From: an uncultured Acidobacteriota bacterium
GTDB taxonomy: Bacteria > Acidobacteriota > Thermoanaerobaculia > Thermoanaerobaculales > Sulfomarinibacteraceae
Reading direction: 5' to 3'
Length of the DNA stretch: 64,000 nucleotides
NCBI GenBank assembly: GCA_963704125.1
Contig: CAVPHA010000021.1
Coordinates: forward strand, 514,857 to 578,856
Positions 1-10,867 of this stretch are shown here, piece after piece. Under the pieces are notes generated by a model. That model searched no databases and was not told the origin of the DNA. It saw only the letters and a list, made by a program, of their open reading frames with translations. Every line of letters starts with the position of its first letter. Positions within the stretch are counted from its first letter, which is position 1. The translations under genes and the position numbers were made by a program.

Positions 1-8
1 TTCTGGGT

Positions 9-407
9 GTGATCCGAGGTGTGGTTCAGGTCTGGCTCGAGGTCTGCGGTCTCGTCGCCGATCGGCGTCACGAGGTCGTTCTCGCCGTCGATGAGGCGTG
101 TTCCAATGCCATGCGCCATGCTTACGGAGGCCGCACCGATGAAACGGTCGAGCTGGTACTCTCGGCGTCGACGGAGTGGATCGAGATCACGGTGAGCGAC
201 CAGGGAACGCCCTGCCCGAGCGAGTGCAGCGAGTACCGACCCCTGGTCGCGCCCGCTCCGCACGAGGTCGTGCCTGGTGGGCTCGGCGTGAAACTCATCT
301 ACGAAGTCTTTGACGAGGTTCGCTTCTGTCCCGGGACGACCAGCGGAAACTGTGTCACCATGAGACTCCAGAGGACGGCGAAACACGAGGTTGACGGTGA
401 GGATTGA
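9..407 (+). CDS. anti-sigma regulatory factor, GHKL Ser/Thr protein kinase (RsbW/SpoIIAB-like); may be 5'-truncated by the window edge
   Basis: ORF 9..407. N-box-like 'EACSNAMRHAYGG' and G-box-like 'VPGGLGVKLI'. Overlaps the downstream STAS gene. Confidence 0.7.
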   Translation: MIRGVVQVWLEVCGLVADRRHEVVLAVDEACSNAMRHAYGGRTDETVELVLSASTEWIEITVSDQGTPCPSECSEYRPLVAPAPHEVVPGGLGVKLIYEVFDEVRFCPGTTSGNCVTMRLQRTAKHEVDGED

Positions 408-705
408 GAACAGCACTACGGCAGACGAGACCATCATCCGCGTCGAGGGTGATGTGGATCTCTACAGCTCACCCGAGTTGCGCAAGGCGGTGCTCAAAGC
501 GGTGCCGAAAGCCGCAACCGGGGTCGGGGTCCACCTCGGCTCGGTAACCTATATGGATTCTTCGGGGGTCGCGACCCTGGTCGAGGGTCTTCGAAGCGCC
601 AAGGAGCACGGCAAGAGCTTTACCTTGGTGGCGCCCTCGACCTCGGTGATGAAGGTCCTCGAGCTCGCCCGGCTGGACAGCATTTTCGTGGTGAGATCGG
701 ATTGA
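391..705 (+). CDS. STAS-domain protein (anti-anti-sigma SpoIIAA-like / MlaB-like)
   Basis: ORF 391..705. 'YMDSSGVATLVEGLRSAKEHGKSFTLV...VLELARLDSIF' is typical of STAS. Its stop overlaps the mlaE start (ATGA). Confidence 0.8.
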   Translation: MTVRIENSTTADETIIRVEGDVDLYSSPELRKAVLKAVPKAATGVGVHLGSVTYMDSSGVATLVEGLRSAKEHGKSFTLVAPSTSVMKVLELARLDSIFVVRSD

Positions 706-1497
706 TGATCGAGATCGTCGGGCGTCTCGGCCGGTGGACCCTCAGGCAGCTCGGGGCAGCCCTGAGGGTCTCGGTCCTTATGGTCGACACCGTCGCCTGG
801 CTGGTCGTTGCGCCGATCAAGGGAAAAGGCTTCAGGTGGCGCAACAGCGTCGAGAGCTTTGTCGAATTCGGGGTGCGCTCGCTGCCCATCGTCGGGATGA
901 TCTCCCTCCTCATCGGCGTGATCATCGCCCTGCAGGCTTCCTACACGCTCGGGCAGTGGGGCGCCAATCGTTATATCGCCGATCTCGTCGCGGTTTCGGC
1001 CATGCGCGAGCTGGCGCCGCTGATGACCGCGATTCTCATCGCCGGCCGGTGTGGTTCGGCGATCACGGCCGAGATCGGGACCATGAAGGTCAACGAAGAG
1101 ATCGATGCCCTGGAGGTCATGGGCGTCAACCCGATCAAGTACCTGGTGGCGCCGAAGTTCCTCGCCATGATCACCGCGGTGCCCTCGGTGACCGCCCTCG
1201 CCATCCTGATCATGATCGTCGGCGGTTGGGTGGCGGCGGTCTTCGTCGTCGGGGTCGACAGCCAGATTTATCGTGACTGAGACGCTGAGCGCCATCGTCG
1301 AGAAGGATCTCGTGACCGGGATGATCAAGAGCGTCTTTTTCGGCATCGCCATCTGCTGGGTCGGGGTCTATCGCGGATTCCAGGTCGAGGGTGGCGCCGA
1401 GGGGGTCGGTCGCCAAACCACCGCCTCGGTGGTGACCGCCATCTTCCTCATCATCGTCATTGACCTCGTTTTCACCGTTCTGTTCTACTACGTCTGA
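702..1497 (+). CDS. mlaE: MlaE-family ABC transporter permease (frameshift near 1265-1280)
   Basis: ORFs 702..1280 and 1273..1497 together give a full ~260 aa MlaE-like permease ('EIGTMKVNEEIDALEVMGVNP', C-terminal 'GAEGVGRQTTASVV'). Confidence 0.8.
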
Positions 1498-2294
1498 TGA
1501 ATGCCACCGAAGCGATCATCGTGGTCGAGGATCTCGAGGTCGCCTATGGCGACCGGGTGGTGATCGAGCACGTCAACTTCGCAGTCCGGCCGGGTGAGGT
1601 CTTCGTGATCCTCGGCGGCAGCGGCTCCGGCAAGACCACCCTGCTGCGAAATCTGGTCGGGCTCATGCGCCCGCGGTCGGGGAGGATCCTGATCCACGGC
1701 GAAGATTTCACCGCCATGTCGGAGAACGAGCGCTTGAAGATCCGGCGCAAGATGGGGATGTGCTTTCAGGGTTCTGCGCTGCTCGGTTCGATCTCCATCG
1801 CCGACAACGTCGCCCTGCCGCTGCGCGAACACACCAAGCTCGAGGAATCGACCATCGACATCATGACCCGGATCAAGCTCGAGCTCGTCGGTCTGAGCGG
1901 GGTCGAAGACTACCTCCCGTCCGAGCTCAGCGGCGGGATGAGAAAACGGGCCGGGATCGCCCGCGCCATGGCCATGGATCCGGAGATCATCTTCTACGAC
2001 GAACCGTCCGCCGGCCTCGACCCCATCGTGGCGGCCGGGCTCGACGAGCTCATCCGCACCATGCAGTCGACCTTCAATCTGACGAGCATCGTGGTCACCC
2101 ACGAAATGGAGAGCGTCAGGATCATCGCCGACAGGGTCTGCGTTCTGCACAAGGGCCGGGTCGTCGGCATCGGGTCCCTGGCCGAGCTCGAACAATCCGA
2201 CCACCCGTATGTCCAACAGTTTTTTGCCCGTCGTCCGGATTCTCTGGATTCGGCTGACACGGCCTACGCCCGTTCGCTCACCGACATCGACTGA
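1497..2294 (+). CDS. mlaF: MlaF-like ABC transporter ATP-binding protein
   Basis: Intact ORF with Walker A 'GGSGSGKTT', signature 'LSGGMRKR' and Walker B 'IIFYDEP'. Confidence 0.9.
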   Translation: MNATEAIIVVEDLEVAYGDRVVIEHVNFAVRPGEVFVILGGSGSGKTTLLRNLVGLMRPRSGRILIHGEDFTAMSENERLKIRRKMGMCFQGSALLGSISIADNVALPLREHTKLEESTIDIMTRIKLELVGLSGVEDYLPSELSGGMRKRAGIARAMAMDPEIIFYDEPSAGLDPIVAAGLDELIRTMQSTFNLTSIVVTHEMESVRIIADRVCVLHKGRVVGIGSLAELEQSDHPYVQQFFARRPDSLDSADTAYARSLTDID

Positions 2295-2306
2295 ATCGAG
2301 AGGACC

Positions 2307-3336
2307 ATGCCAGCGAAAAAGAGCAATTTCACTGCAACCGAAATCAAGGCCGGCCTCATGGTCCTGGCCAGCGTGTTCGTATTGGTGGCGTTTGTCGCCT
2401 CGATTCGCGGCTGTGGTTCGACGGGTGGGGCGCGCAATCGGTTCTCCGCCGATTTCACCAGCATCATCGGACTCGATCTCGGGGCCGATGTTCGTTTCGG
2501 GGGCGTCGAGGTCGGCAGGGTCGTGGACATCGAAACCGATCCTGATGACCGTTCGCGGATCCGCGTCCTCTTCGAGGTCCCGGTCAGCACACCGGTGAAT
2601 CACGGCAGCGTCGCATCCATCGAATCGATCAGCTTGACAACGGCCAAACACCTGGAAATCTCCACCGGTGGCAAGGACCAGCCGCTCCACGTTTCCGGCG
2701 ATCGGATCGCCTCCCGCACCAACAGCGGGGGCTTTGTCGAGATGCCGGATCTCGAAGGGGTGATCACTCGACTGGAGACCGTGCTCGACGGTCTCGTCGC
2801 GTTGCTCGGGGTTGAACGGGCACAGGCGGTCGCTGCGGCGACCGGGGAAGAGTATGGTGGATCTGACCATGGTCGCGGCGTCGCTCGAGAAGGTTCTGGA
2901 GTCGGGCGCCTCGACCATCGACAGCGTGCATTCGGTGATTTCGGAGAATCGCGACGGTCTGGGACTGATCATCGACCGGTTGGCGGCCCTCGAGGCGGCC
3001 GCTTCCGAGCTGCTGACGAATCTCAACAGTGCGGTCGAGGAGAATCGCGAGCCACTCAACGCAACCATGGTCAACTTCGAAAAACTGAGCGCGGAGGCCT
3101 CCCGCCAGGTGCAGGAGCTGACCGAGTCCCTGGCCGTGACGCTGCAGTATCTCCAGGAGGTCAGCGGCAACGCCAGCGATCTTGTCGAGAGTCAACGTCC
3201 GACCCTGGAACAGATCCTCCTCAACCTCGAGGAGACCACCCGGAACCTGAGGAAGTTTTCACAAACGCTGGCCGACCAGCCCAACGCTCTGGTCCGGGGG
3301 GCCAAACCCAAGGGCCGCTCTGGTGGAGGGAAGTGA
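2307..3336 (+). CDS. mlaD: MlaD/MCE-domain substrate-binding protein (frameshift near 2815-2860)
   Basis: N-terminal TM segment plus MCE fold in ORF 2307... The C-terminal helical part continues in ORF 2812..3336. Confidence 0.8.
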
Positions 3337-3885
3337 TGCGGATCAAGCTCGTCGTACCTCTGATGCTCCTGGTCCTCGGGGCCTGTGCATCGGCCCCCGA
3401 TATCGACTATTACACTCTCGACATGAGCCCGTCGGGGAAGGTGGAGACCTCGATCAATCTGGTGGTCGGAAGGTTCGCCACCACCGAATCTCTCGGGCGC
3501 AGTCAGATCCTCATCCACACGTCGCCGACTCGGATCGAGTACTACGCCACCGACCGGTGGGCGTCAGGGGTCGGTGAGTTGGTCGAGCGGAAGCTCGCCG
3601 CCGAGTTCGGTCCGGCCGAGGAAGGGCGACCGTCGTTCAAAGTGACCGGTAGGGTCATGGCCTTCGGAGCAGGCAGACGAAGCAACCGGCGTCAAAGCGC
3701 GAGTCGAATTGGCGGTGGTGATTCGCGACGGACAAGCCAAGAGCTACGAAGATCCGCTGCTGCAGAAGACCTACGAGGTGACCCGGAACGCCGATGGTTC
3801 CCAGCCCGACGCCGTGGTGGAGGCGTTGTCGGCGGCGATGGAGGAGATCGCCGCCGAGATCGCCGCGGATGCTGCAAACCTCTGA
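3336..3885 (+). CDS. ABC-type transport auxiliary lipoprotein (DUF330 / PqiC-YmbA-like), frameshift near 3665
   Basis: ATG overlaps the mlaD stop (ATGA). Lipobox 'LLVLGAC'. After 'RVMAF' the conserved reading continues in another frame to TGA at 3883..3885. Confidence 0.65.
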
Positions 3886-3977
3886 GCGTTTGAAGGTCCA
3901 GCCCCCTACAGAAATCAACACCGCCACAAGGGCGGGTATGAAAACCCGCCCCTACGAATGATGTGGAAGGTACCGCA

Positions 3978-3999
3978 GGGGAGGGTTTTACACCCTCCC
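3978..3999. repeat. solo copy of the 'GGGAGGGTTTTACACCCTCCC' hairpin that lies just 3' of the four-helix-bundle genes
   Basis: Near-identical hairpins at 17992..18012 and 59321..59340. The flanks 'atgat/atgaattgt' and 'ccgatgagg' are also shared. No 4HB gene is present here. Confidence 0.6.
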
Positions 4000-4246
4000 T
4001 GCCAGACCGATGAGGATTCAACCGACCAGCCGGAAGAGAATACTGCAGGAGGCTCAACCGCAGGCCAGAGTTCCCGTCCAGAAACGGCGCTTTTCGGCAA
4101 TCTCGGCGTCAGATTTCGGATTTCCTTGTGCGGCGTACAGGAGTACGCCTCCGCGTAAATCCTCATCTTCCTTGACCTTGCACGAAAACCCCTCGTTTCG
4201 CATCGGGAACGACGCTGTCCCCATCGGAGTTTCCGGATGGGACAGG

Positions 4247-6662
4247 CTAGAAGCGGAAAAGGGCTTCGAGCATGACCGTCCGTCGCGTGAGGTCGCCGAA
4301 GACATGCTGTTTCACGGGTTCGTCCAAGAGGTTGAGTACCTTCAGGTTGGTGGTCAGCCAGCCGTCCTTCCAGCGCCGACCGAAGCTTAAGCTCACCAGG
4401 GTGTAGGGATCGCTGTAGCCGTAGTAGAGGGGCTGCAGACCCTGGGCGAAGAACGCCTCGTCCGTGTGGTTGATGGTGAGGTTGCCGAGATAGGTCTGGC
4501 CGTTGTAGGTGGCGCCCACGTTGAACCGCTGGAGCGGCGGCGTGCTGATCGTCTGTGACTGTGGTCGGTAGGGGTCGCCGATCGGATCGAGCAGATCCGG
4601 CAAGGTCTGGTAGGAGTAGTTGCCGAAAATGGTCACGCCACGGCGAAAGGTATGGCTGATGGAGAGCTCGAGCCCGCTGTTGCGCATCGAACCGATGTTG
4701 AGGTACTGGGTGTTGGCCGGGAGGAAGATCCCCTGCAAAGCGAGAAAGTCGAGGACGATTGGGTTGAGCGGCCAGCCCGGGGGTGGGTTCTCGGAGGTGT
4801 AGTAGGGTTCGACTCCGGCGAGGATGAGCGCTTCCGGCGACGGCGAATACGAAATCGTGTCGTGGATCTCGTTGACGTAGAAGTTGGCGTCGAGCCTGGT
4901 CCGGCCGCCGCTCAGGACGGCCGAGTAGCCGAACTCGAGAGAGTCGATGGTCTCCGCCTTGAGATCCGGGTTGCCATAGTTGTTGACGATGAGGGGGAAC
5001 GGTTCCGTGACCCGTGGGTCGAAGTCGTTGAGGGGGATGTAGCCGCCGATGATCGAGAGTTCGAGGTAGTTTTCGACGGCCGATGGCGTTCGGAAAGCCC
5101 GGGCGGCCGAGAGCTTGAAGGAGTGGCCGGGAAAGTGCGTCCAGATCAGGGCGACGCGCGGCGAGAAGTTGATGTCGTCGAGGTTGGTGAAATAGTCGGC
5201 GCGGGCGGCAAGGGCGAGTTGGAACTCACCGAGATTGATCTCATCCTGGATATAGGCGCCGGTCTGGAACCGGTTGTCGGCCTCCTGGGCGATGGAGAGA
5301 TCGAAGGTGTTGTAGCGGAGGTTGCCCCCGAAGGAAAGGAGGTGCCTGCCACCGAAGAGATCGCTCCAACCGACATCGACGTCATAGACCCCGTTGGTGA
5401 AGTCGATGTTGAGAGGGTCGCCCTCGGCGTCGACGGAGATCAGGCTCGGCGCCTTGCCCTGGATGTAGTTGGCGAAGAGCTGGATCCTGAAGCTGCCGCG
5501 GTTGTAGCCGATCTGACCGTAGGCGAGGTTGGTTCCCGGTTGGGCGTCGAACGGTCCGATGGGGGTCTGGATGATGCCCTCGGTGAAGGCGATCCCGGCG
5601 GCGTAGAGGATCCGACCCTCGCCGGCGATTTCCTGATCGATCCGAAGATCGAACTTGGGCTGGACCGTGCCCCGGTTGTCGTAGGTGACGTTCTCGTACG
5701 AGCCGCCGCCGACGATCACCGGGAGGATCGATGGGTGTCGGGACCTCGGGGATGACGCCGGTGGGCCGTTCGAACGGATCGCTGGCATAGACCCCGGCGG
5801 AGAGCCGATAGGCGATCTTGTCGGTGGGCGCATCGGCCCAGCGGATGTTGAAGCTGCCCATGGCGCCGGTGCCGCCGGCCGCCTCGGATCGGCTGATGAG
5901 ACCGCCGACGACGGAAAACTCGAGCCCCTGCGAGGTGCGGGGCGCCCGGGTGACCATGTTGACCACCCCGGTGGCCGCGTTGGCGCCCCACATGGTCGAG
6001 GCGGGCCCACGGACCACCTCGATCTGCTCGATGTCGTTGGCCTGGACCGCGGCGAGATCCCAGAAGATCACGTTGAAGAAATCGAAATAGAGCGGTCGGC
6101 CGTCCACCAGTGCGAGTTGGCTGCCGGTGAGGAACGGGCTCGGGCCGCGGGTCGCGATGTTGACATCGCGGGCCGACGACTGGACGACGTTGGCGCCGGG
6201 AACCTCTCGAACGAGGTCGCCGATGTTCTGGGCCGCTCGGGTTTCGATGGTGTCGCGGCCGATGACGCTGATGGTCGTGGGGGTGTCCTCGAGCAGGACC
6301 TTTGTTCGTGAGGCCGAGACGACGACGGTCTCCTCGAAAGCGGGGTGCATCTGGAAGTCGATCTCGATGATCTCACCGGACGCCAGATCGACGGACTTTT
6401 CGATGGTGACGAATCCAGGCATGGCCACGGTGAGATCAAGTGTGCCGGGAGAGAGATTCACGGCTCTGAACCGACCGTCGACGGTGCTCAGGACCGAGCG
6501 GGTCGCCTGGCCCGCGATGGCGATGGTGACGCCGGGCAGCGGAAGATCGTTGAAATCGACAACCCGACCGAAGATCACGCCCGGTTCCTGGGCGGCGATC
6601 GGCGCGACGAAACTCATGATCAAAACAGCCACGAGGGCTGCTCGTGTGATAGCCCGCTTCAT
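4247..6662 (-). CDS. TonB-dependent receptor with N-terminal CarboxypepD_reg domain (frameshift near 5740)
   Basis: Signal peptide 'MKRAITRAALVAVLIMSFVAPIAAQ', a CarboxypepD_reg-like domain, a plug domain ('IEVVRGPASTMWGANA') and a beta-barrel ending in 'EALFRF'. Joined from ORFs 5382..6785 and 4247..6010. Confidence 0.85.
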
Positions 6663-6781
6663 GCTGGAAATCGGCTCCTTGTGACGTTCGGCCCTGCGCG
6701 ATTCATAGTATGGCAGGTCCACCGTGGCGACCGGTCGGGCGCCTCGGGTTCGAGGTCTCGACATCGATCGACGGTGGCGCC

Positions 6782-9121
6782 TCACATTTGTTCTTCGCCC
6801 GCGGACGAGTCCGACGACTCATCCTCTGCACCCGGCCGTTCCCTGAAGAAGATCCACAACGCCGCCGGCAGCGCCGTGAAGTCGGCCAGCATGGCCAGGG
6901 CGAAGGCCATGGAAGTGACGATGCCGAACTGCCGCATCGGCGGAAGATCGGAGATGGCGAGGGCGAGGAAGCCGCCCGCGTTGATGATCGTGGCAAAGAG
7001 GATGGCGTGGCCTGCGACCCGGATGGCGTGGGCCAATGCAGCTTCGGTGTTGGCGCCGTTGCGTTTCTCGAGGAAGTGGTAGAAGAAATGGATCTGATCG
7101 TTCTCGGTGACCCCGAGGACGGTGGTGGCGATGAGGATGGTGGCGATATTGAGCGGGATCCCCGTCAGCCGCATGACCAGAAACGTCACCAAGATGGCGA
7201 AGAGCGAGGGCACCATGGCGTTGACCCTCGCCGGACCGGACCGAAAGACAAAGATGAAGGTGACGAAGATGATCGAGAAGGTGATCGCGAAGCTCTCGAC
7301 CAGGGTGGGGGTCAGGTGACTCGCGATGGTCGCCTGAAGCACACCGGTGCCGGCGAGCCGGTAACTGCAGTCGGCGAGGGCGGGCTGGGCTTCGGCCGCC
7401 CGGCCCCACGCCCGCTCGATGGCCGCCGCGAGATTGCTGAGGCCGAACTCTGATCCGGCGGCCGTGGTGACCGTCAGGTAGGTCGACGAGAGGGAGTCGA
7501 GATCGACCCACTGGGAGATGGACGGTTCCGAGAGCATGAGTTGTTCGAGATCGGCGGCCATGCGGTCAAAGGTCGCGGGATCGGCCGGAAGTCCGTCGCC
7601 GAGACCGGCGAGATAGCGGCGGAGACGGAGAATCGAGGACAGGCCCACCACCGAGCCCACTTCGGGTTCGTCTTCGAGTTCCCGGGTCAGGATGTCGAGA
7701 CCGCGAAGGACCTCCGGGTCGAGCACGCCGTACTCGGGTGTGGTGATCCAGACTTTTGCCACGACGATGCCGAGGACATGATCCTGAAAGTAGCGGGTGT
7801 CCCTCGCCACCGGTTCGTCGGCGTCGATGTAGGCCAGGGGGTTGGTTTCGAGTTTCATTCCCGGAAGGACACCGGGGATGCCGAGCAGCGCGATGAGACC
7901 GGCGATGGCAAGTGCCAATGCCGTGAGAACCAGCGGCCAACGCCAGCGGTAGGACCAACGGGGAATCACATCGGCGGCGCGTTCGACCCAGGCGCCCGCG
8001 ACCTGGCGGTGGCGCCGGGTCGGCGCCCGAAAGAGGGTCTGGAGGGCGGGATAGAGGGTGAAGCAGACGATCCAGCCGAGCAACAGACCCCCGGAGGTCC
8101 AGATGCCGAGCTCGCGGATCGGTCGGATGTTCGAGACCGTCAGCGCGGCGAAACCGACGGCGGCGGCGAAGACCGAGGCCGTGACCGCGACGAACTTGTT
8201 GGCCAAAGCCCGAATCCGGTGGATTTCCAAATCGACGCCGAAGGGTTGATCGACAAAACGTGAGTGGAGGTAGACCAGGCTCGCTGTGGCGGTGACCAGC
8301 AGGGTCAGGGGGACGAGGGCCGAGACGATGGTGAAACCGAGCCCGACGAGCCCGGCGAAAGCCATCCCGAGCAGCACCGCCACCCCGAGTGAGAGCAGAA
8401 TCGCCGCCAACGCCCGCCAGGAGCGGTAGAGTCCGAGGATCAGGCTGACAATGAACGCAGCGAAGAGCGGGAAGTACTTCACGCTCGATGCGGTGGTTTC
8501 GCGTTCGAGCCAGGAGTCGATCCACGGTCGCCCGACCCGGCGGATGCGGTCGATGGATTCCAACCACTCGGGTGCGGCGAATACGATCTCGTTGATCCGA
8601 CTGAGGAGGTTGTCCCGGATCTCGGGCTCGGGCGCATCGAGGGCGAGGACGATGGCAAGGAAGTTGTCGCCGAGGAGCCCCTGGCGGCGGAAGAAGTCGC
8701 TCCCGCCGGCGAGCTCGCGGAAGGTCTCGAGATCGTTGGCTGGGGAACCCGCCCCCGGTCGGCTCCGGCGCCAGACGGTGGCCATGGAGAAGGCGTCAAC
8801 CCCATCGATGGCGTCGAGTTCTGCTTCGAGTCTCTCGAGATCATCGAGCGGGCCCGCGGCAAAGGGGTCGTCGGTTTCGAGCATGAGAAAGACGGTGGCC
8901 GCCTCGGGGAAAATTTGCTCGAACTCGTGCGACGCGGCGACATCGGGGTCCGACGAAACGACCATGTTCTCGAGCGAGTTGTCCCTCGGGATGTCGGAGG
9001 CGAGGATGGCTGCGACAGCCACCACCACCGAATAAACGGCGACCACCCACCACCGACGGGAAATCAGCCGGACAAAAAACGGTTCGAGCCGCTTCTCGAG
9101 GGATCGATCAACAAGCGCCAC
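6782..9121 (-). CDS. MMPL/RND-superfamily exporter (HpnN-like, 12-TM, two large periplasmic loops)
   Basis: Intact 779 aa ORF with two hydrophobic 6-TM blocks separated by soluble domains, an organisation typical of MMPL. Confidence 0.75.
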   Translation of the reverse strand: MALVDRSLEKRLEPFFVRLISRRWWVVAVYSVVVAVAAILASDIPRDNSLENMVVSSDPDVAASHEFEQIFPEAATVFLMLETDDPFAAGPLDDLERLEAELDAIDGVDAFSMATVWRRSRPGAGSPANDLETFRELAGGSDFFRRQGLLGDNFLAIVLALDAPEPEIRDNLLSRINEIVFAAPEWLESIDRIRRVGRPWIDSWLERETTASSVKYFPLFAAFIVSLILGLYRSWRALAAILLSLGVAVLLGMAFAGLVGLGFTIVSALVPLTLLVTATASLVYLHSRFVDQPFGVDLEIHRIRALANKFVAVTASVFAAAVGFAALTVSNIRPIRELGIWTSGGLLLGWIVCFTLYPALQTLFRAPTRRHRQVAGAWVERAADVIPRWSYRWRWPLVLTALALAIAGLIALLGIPGVLPGMKLETNPLAYIDADEPVARDTRYFQDHVLGIVVAKVWITTPEYGVLDPEVLRGLDILTRELEDEPEVGSVVGLSSILRLRRYLAGLGDGLPADPATFDRMAADLEQLMLSEPSISQWVDLDSLSSTYLTVTTAAGSEFGLSNLAAAIERAWGRAAEAQPALADCSYRLAGTGVLQATIASHLTPTLVESFAITFSIIFVTFIFVFRSGPARVNAMVPSLFAILVTFLVMRLTGIPLNIATILIATTVLGVTENDQIHFFYHFLEKRNGANTEAALAHAIRVAGHAILFATIINAGGFLALAISDLPPMRQFGIVTSMAFALAMLADFTALPAALWIFFRERPGAEDESSDSSAGEEQM

Positions 9122-9135
9122 GGTATGATGACCTC

Positions 9136-10000
9136 ATGGATGGATTATCGAAGATTGTCGGCCACCGCGCCATTCCGGCGGCGCTGGTTGTTCTGCTGGT
9201 CGGATCGCTCGGCCGGGCCGCGGATCTGACGATGGTTGTCTGCGCCCCCGGATACCCGGGTTCCACCGCCGAAGCGCAACCCGCCATGGATGGGTTCGCC
9301 ATCGCGGTGGCGACCTCCGGAGGATGGGACTCCGGCGAGTTCGGCGCCGAGTACTTCGAGAGCGAAGAACTGGGGATGACGAGGTTCGCCGATGACGATG
9401 TGGGTCTCGGCCTGGTCACCCTGCCGTTCTTTCTCGAGCACCGAGAGGAGCTCGATCTGCGGCCCGATATGCTGGCGGTGCCGACCGGTCGGAAAACCGA
9501 AGAACCATGGTCGCTGGTGGCCGGCAAGGGAGCGGTGCACGGGCCGGCTGACCTCGATGGGTGGCAGCTGGTCAGCCTCGCGGGCCACTCCGAGACCTTT
9601 GTTCGTGGACCGGCGCTCGGCGACTGGGGTGAGTTGCCGCCGACCCTGACCATCACCTTTTCGGGTGCGGTGCTGACCTCGCTCCGCAAGGCCGCGAGGG
9701 GCGAGAAGATCGTCGTGCTGCTCGACGCCGAACAGACCGAGGCGCTTGACCGGCTGCCGTTCGCCGGCGATCTCGAGATTGTCCACCAATCGCCGCCGCT
9801 CCCGGTGTCGGTCGTCTGCTCCGTCGGCGATCGTGTGAGCCCCGAACAAGAAGGCGGAACTCATCGAAATCCTGTTGGGGCTTTCCCAGCGACCGGATGC
9901 CGCCGAGGCGCTGACCGGGGTTCGGCTCGACCGATTCGAGCCCGTGAACAAGGCGGCGCTGGAATCAGCGGAGAAGGCGTTCAGCGGAGCCGCCAAGTGA
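9136..10000 (+). CDS. exported hypothetical protein (frameshift near 9845)
   Basis: Signal-like N-terminus 'AALVVLLVGSLGRAADL'. The C-terminus '...AELIEILLGLSQRPDAAEAL...FSGAAK' continues in another frame to TGA 9998..10000. Confidence 0.4.
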
Positions 10001-10818
10001 AACGAATCGTGGCGCGGGGTGCGGCCTGCCTCGCGGCCCTGTCCCTGGCCGTGGCCTGTACCTCGGCGCTCAAGGAACCGCCACCGGTTGCCGAGCTCGG
10101 AGCAGCGCAGCCGCCGACCGGGAGCACGCGCCGGAATGACCGCACGGCTCTCGCCGAGGCCGAGATCGAGTTCGCCAAGGTGCCGGACAGGGAGGCCGTT
10201 CGACGGGCGCAGGGGCTCTTCCTCGAGGCGGCGCAGGTCGACGGGGCTCCGGTCGAAGCCTTCATCGGGGCGGCCAGGGCAACCGCTTGGCTCGTGGAAC
10301 ACGAGGAGGACGGCACCCGCCGCGAGGAGCTCGCCACCACAGGCGTCCAGATCTCTCAGTGGTGCCGCCGGCTGTTCCCTGCCGACTCCGAGTGCACCTA
10401 TCGCCTGGCCCTGGCGGTCGGGCAGCAGGCCCGCGAGCGTCCGTCCACCGCCACCGACGGACTCGATGTGATGGTCGATCTCCTCAACCAGGTCATTGCG
10501 GCGGCGCCGGGGTTGGACTTCGCTGGGGGCCAGCGGGTGCTCGGGCTGGTCCTCCTCCGCGCCCCGGGTTGGCCCACCGGTCCCGGCGACCCGGAACTCG
10601 GGCTCGAGGCCGCCGAGGCGGCCGCCGAGGCTTTTCCGGACTATCCACCCAACCAGTTGGTTCTGGGTGAAGCGCTCGGCGACAACGACCGGCGAGACGA
10701 GGCGAAACCCGCCCTCGAACGAGGTCTCGAGCTGGCGCGAGCGGCGCTCACAGCCGGCGACCCCGAAGCGTCGGACTGGATCAACCAGGCCGAGGAAGCG
10801 CTGGCGAAGATCCGGTAG
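9997..10818 (+). CDS. helical-repeat (TPR-like) lipoprotein, possibly TatT-like
   Basis: GTG start overlaps the upstream stop. Lipobox 'LSLAVAC'. The rest is alpha-helical and Ala/Leu/Glu-rich. Confidence 0.4.
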   Translation: MKRIVARGAACLAALSLAVACTSALKEPPPVAELGAAQPPTGSTRRNDRTALAEAEIEFAKVPDREAVRRAQGLFLEAAQVDGAPVEAFIGAARATAWLVEHEEDGTRREELATTGVQISQWCRRLFPADSECTYRLALAVGQQARERPSTATDGLDVMVDLLNQVIAAAPGLDFAGGQRVLGLVLLRAPGWPTGPGDPELGLEAAEAAAEAFPDYPPNQLVLGEALGDNDRRDEAKPALERGLELARAALTAGDPEASDWINQAEEALAKIR

Positions 10819-10867
10819 CCCGAGGATTTGCCGCCGGATTTCGTCAGGCGTTGATTCACCGAGATCT

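Noticed and set aside
3915-4390. Small ORFs (3915..4166, 3958..4158, 4010..4390, 4054..4305) in the spacer after the Mla operon.
   Set aside because: They overlap each other on both strands, lack SD sequences and recognisable motifs, and span hairpin or repeat sequence.
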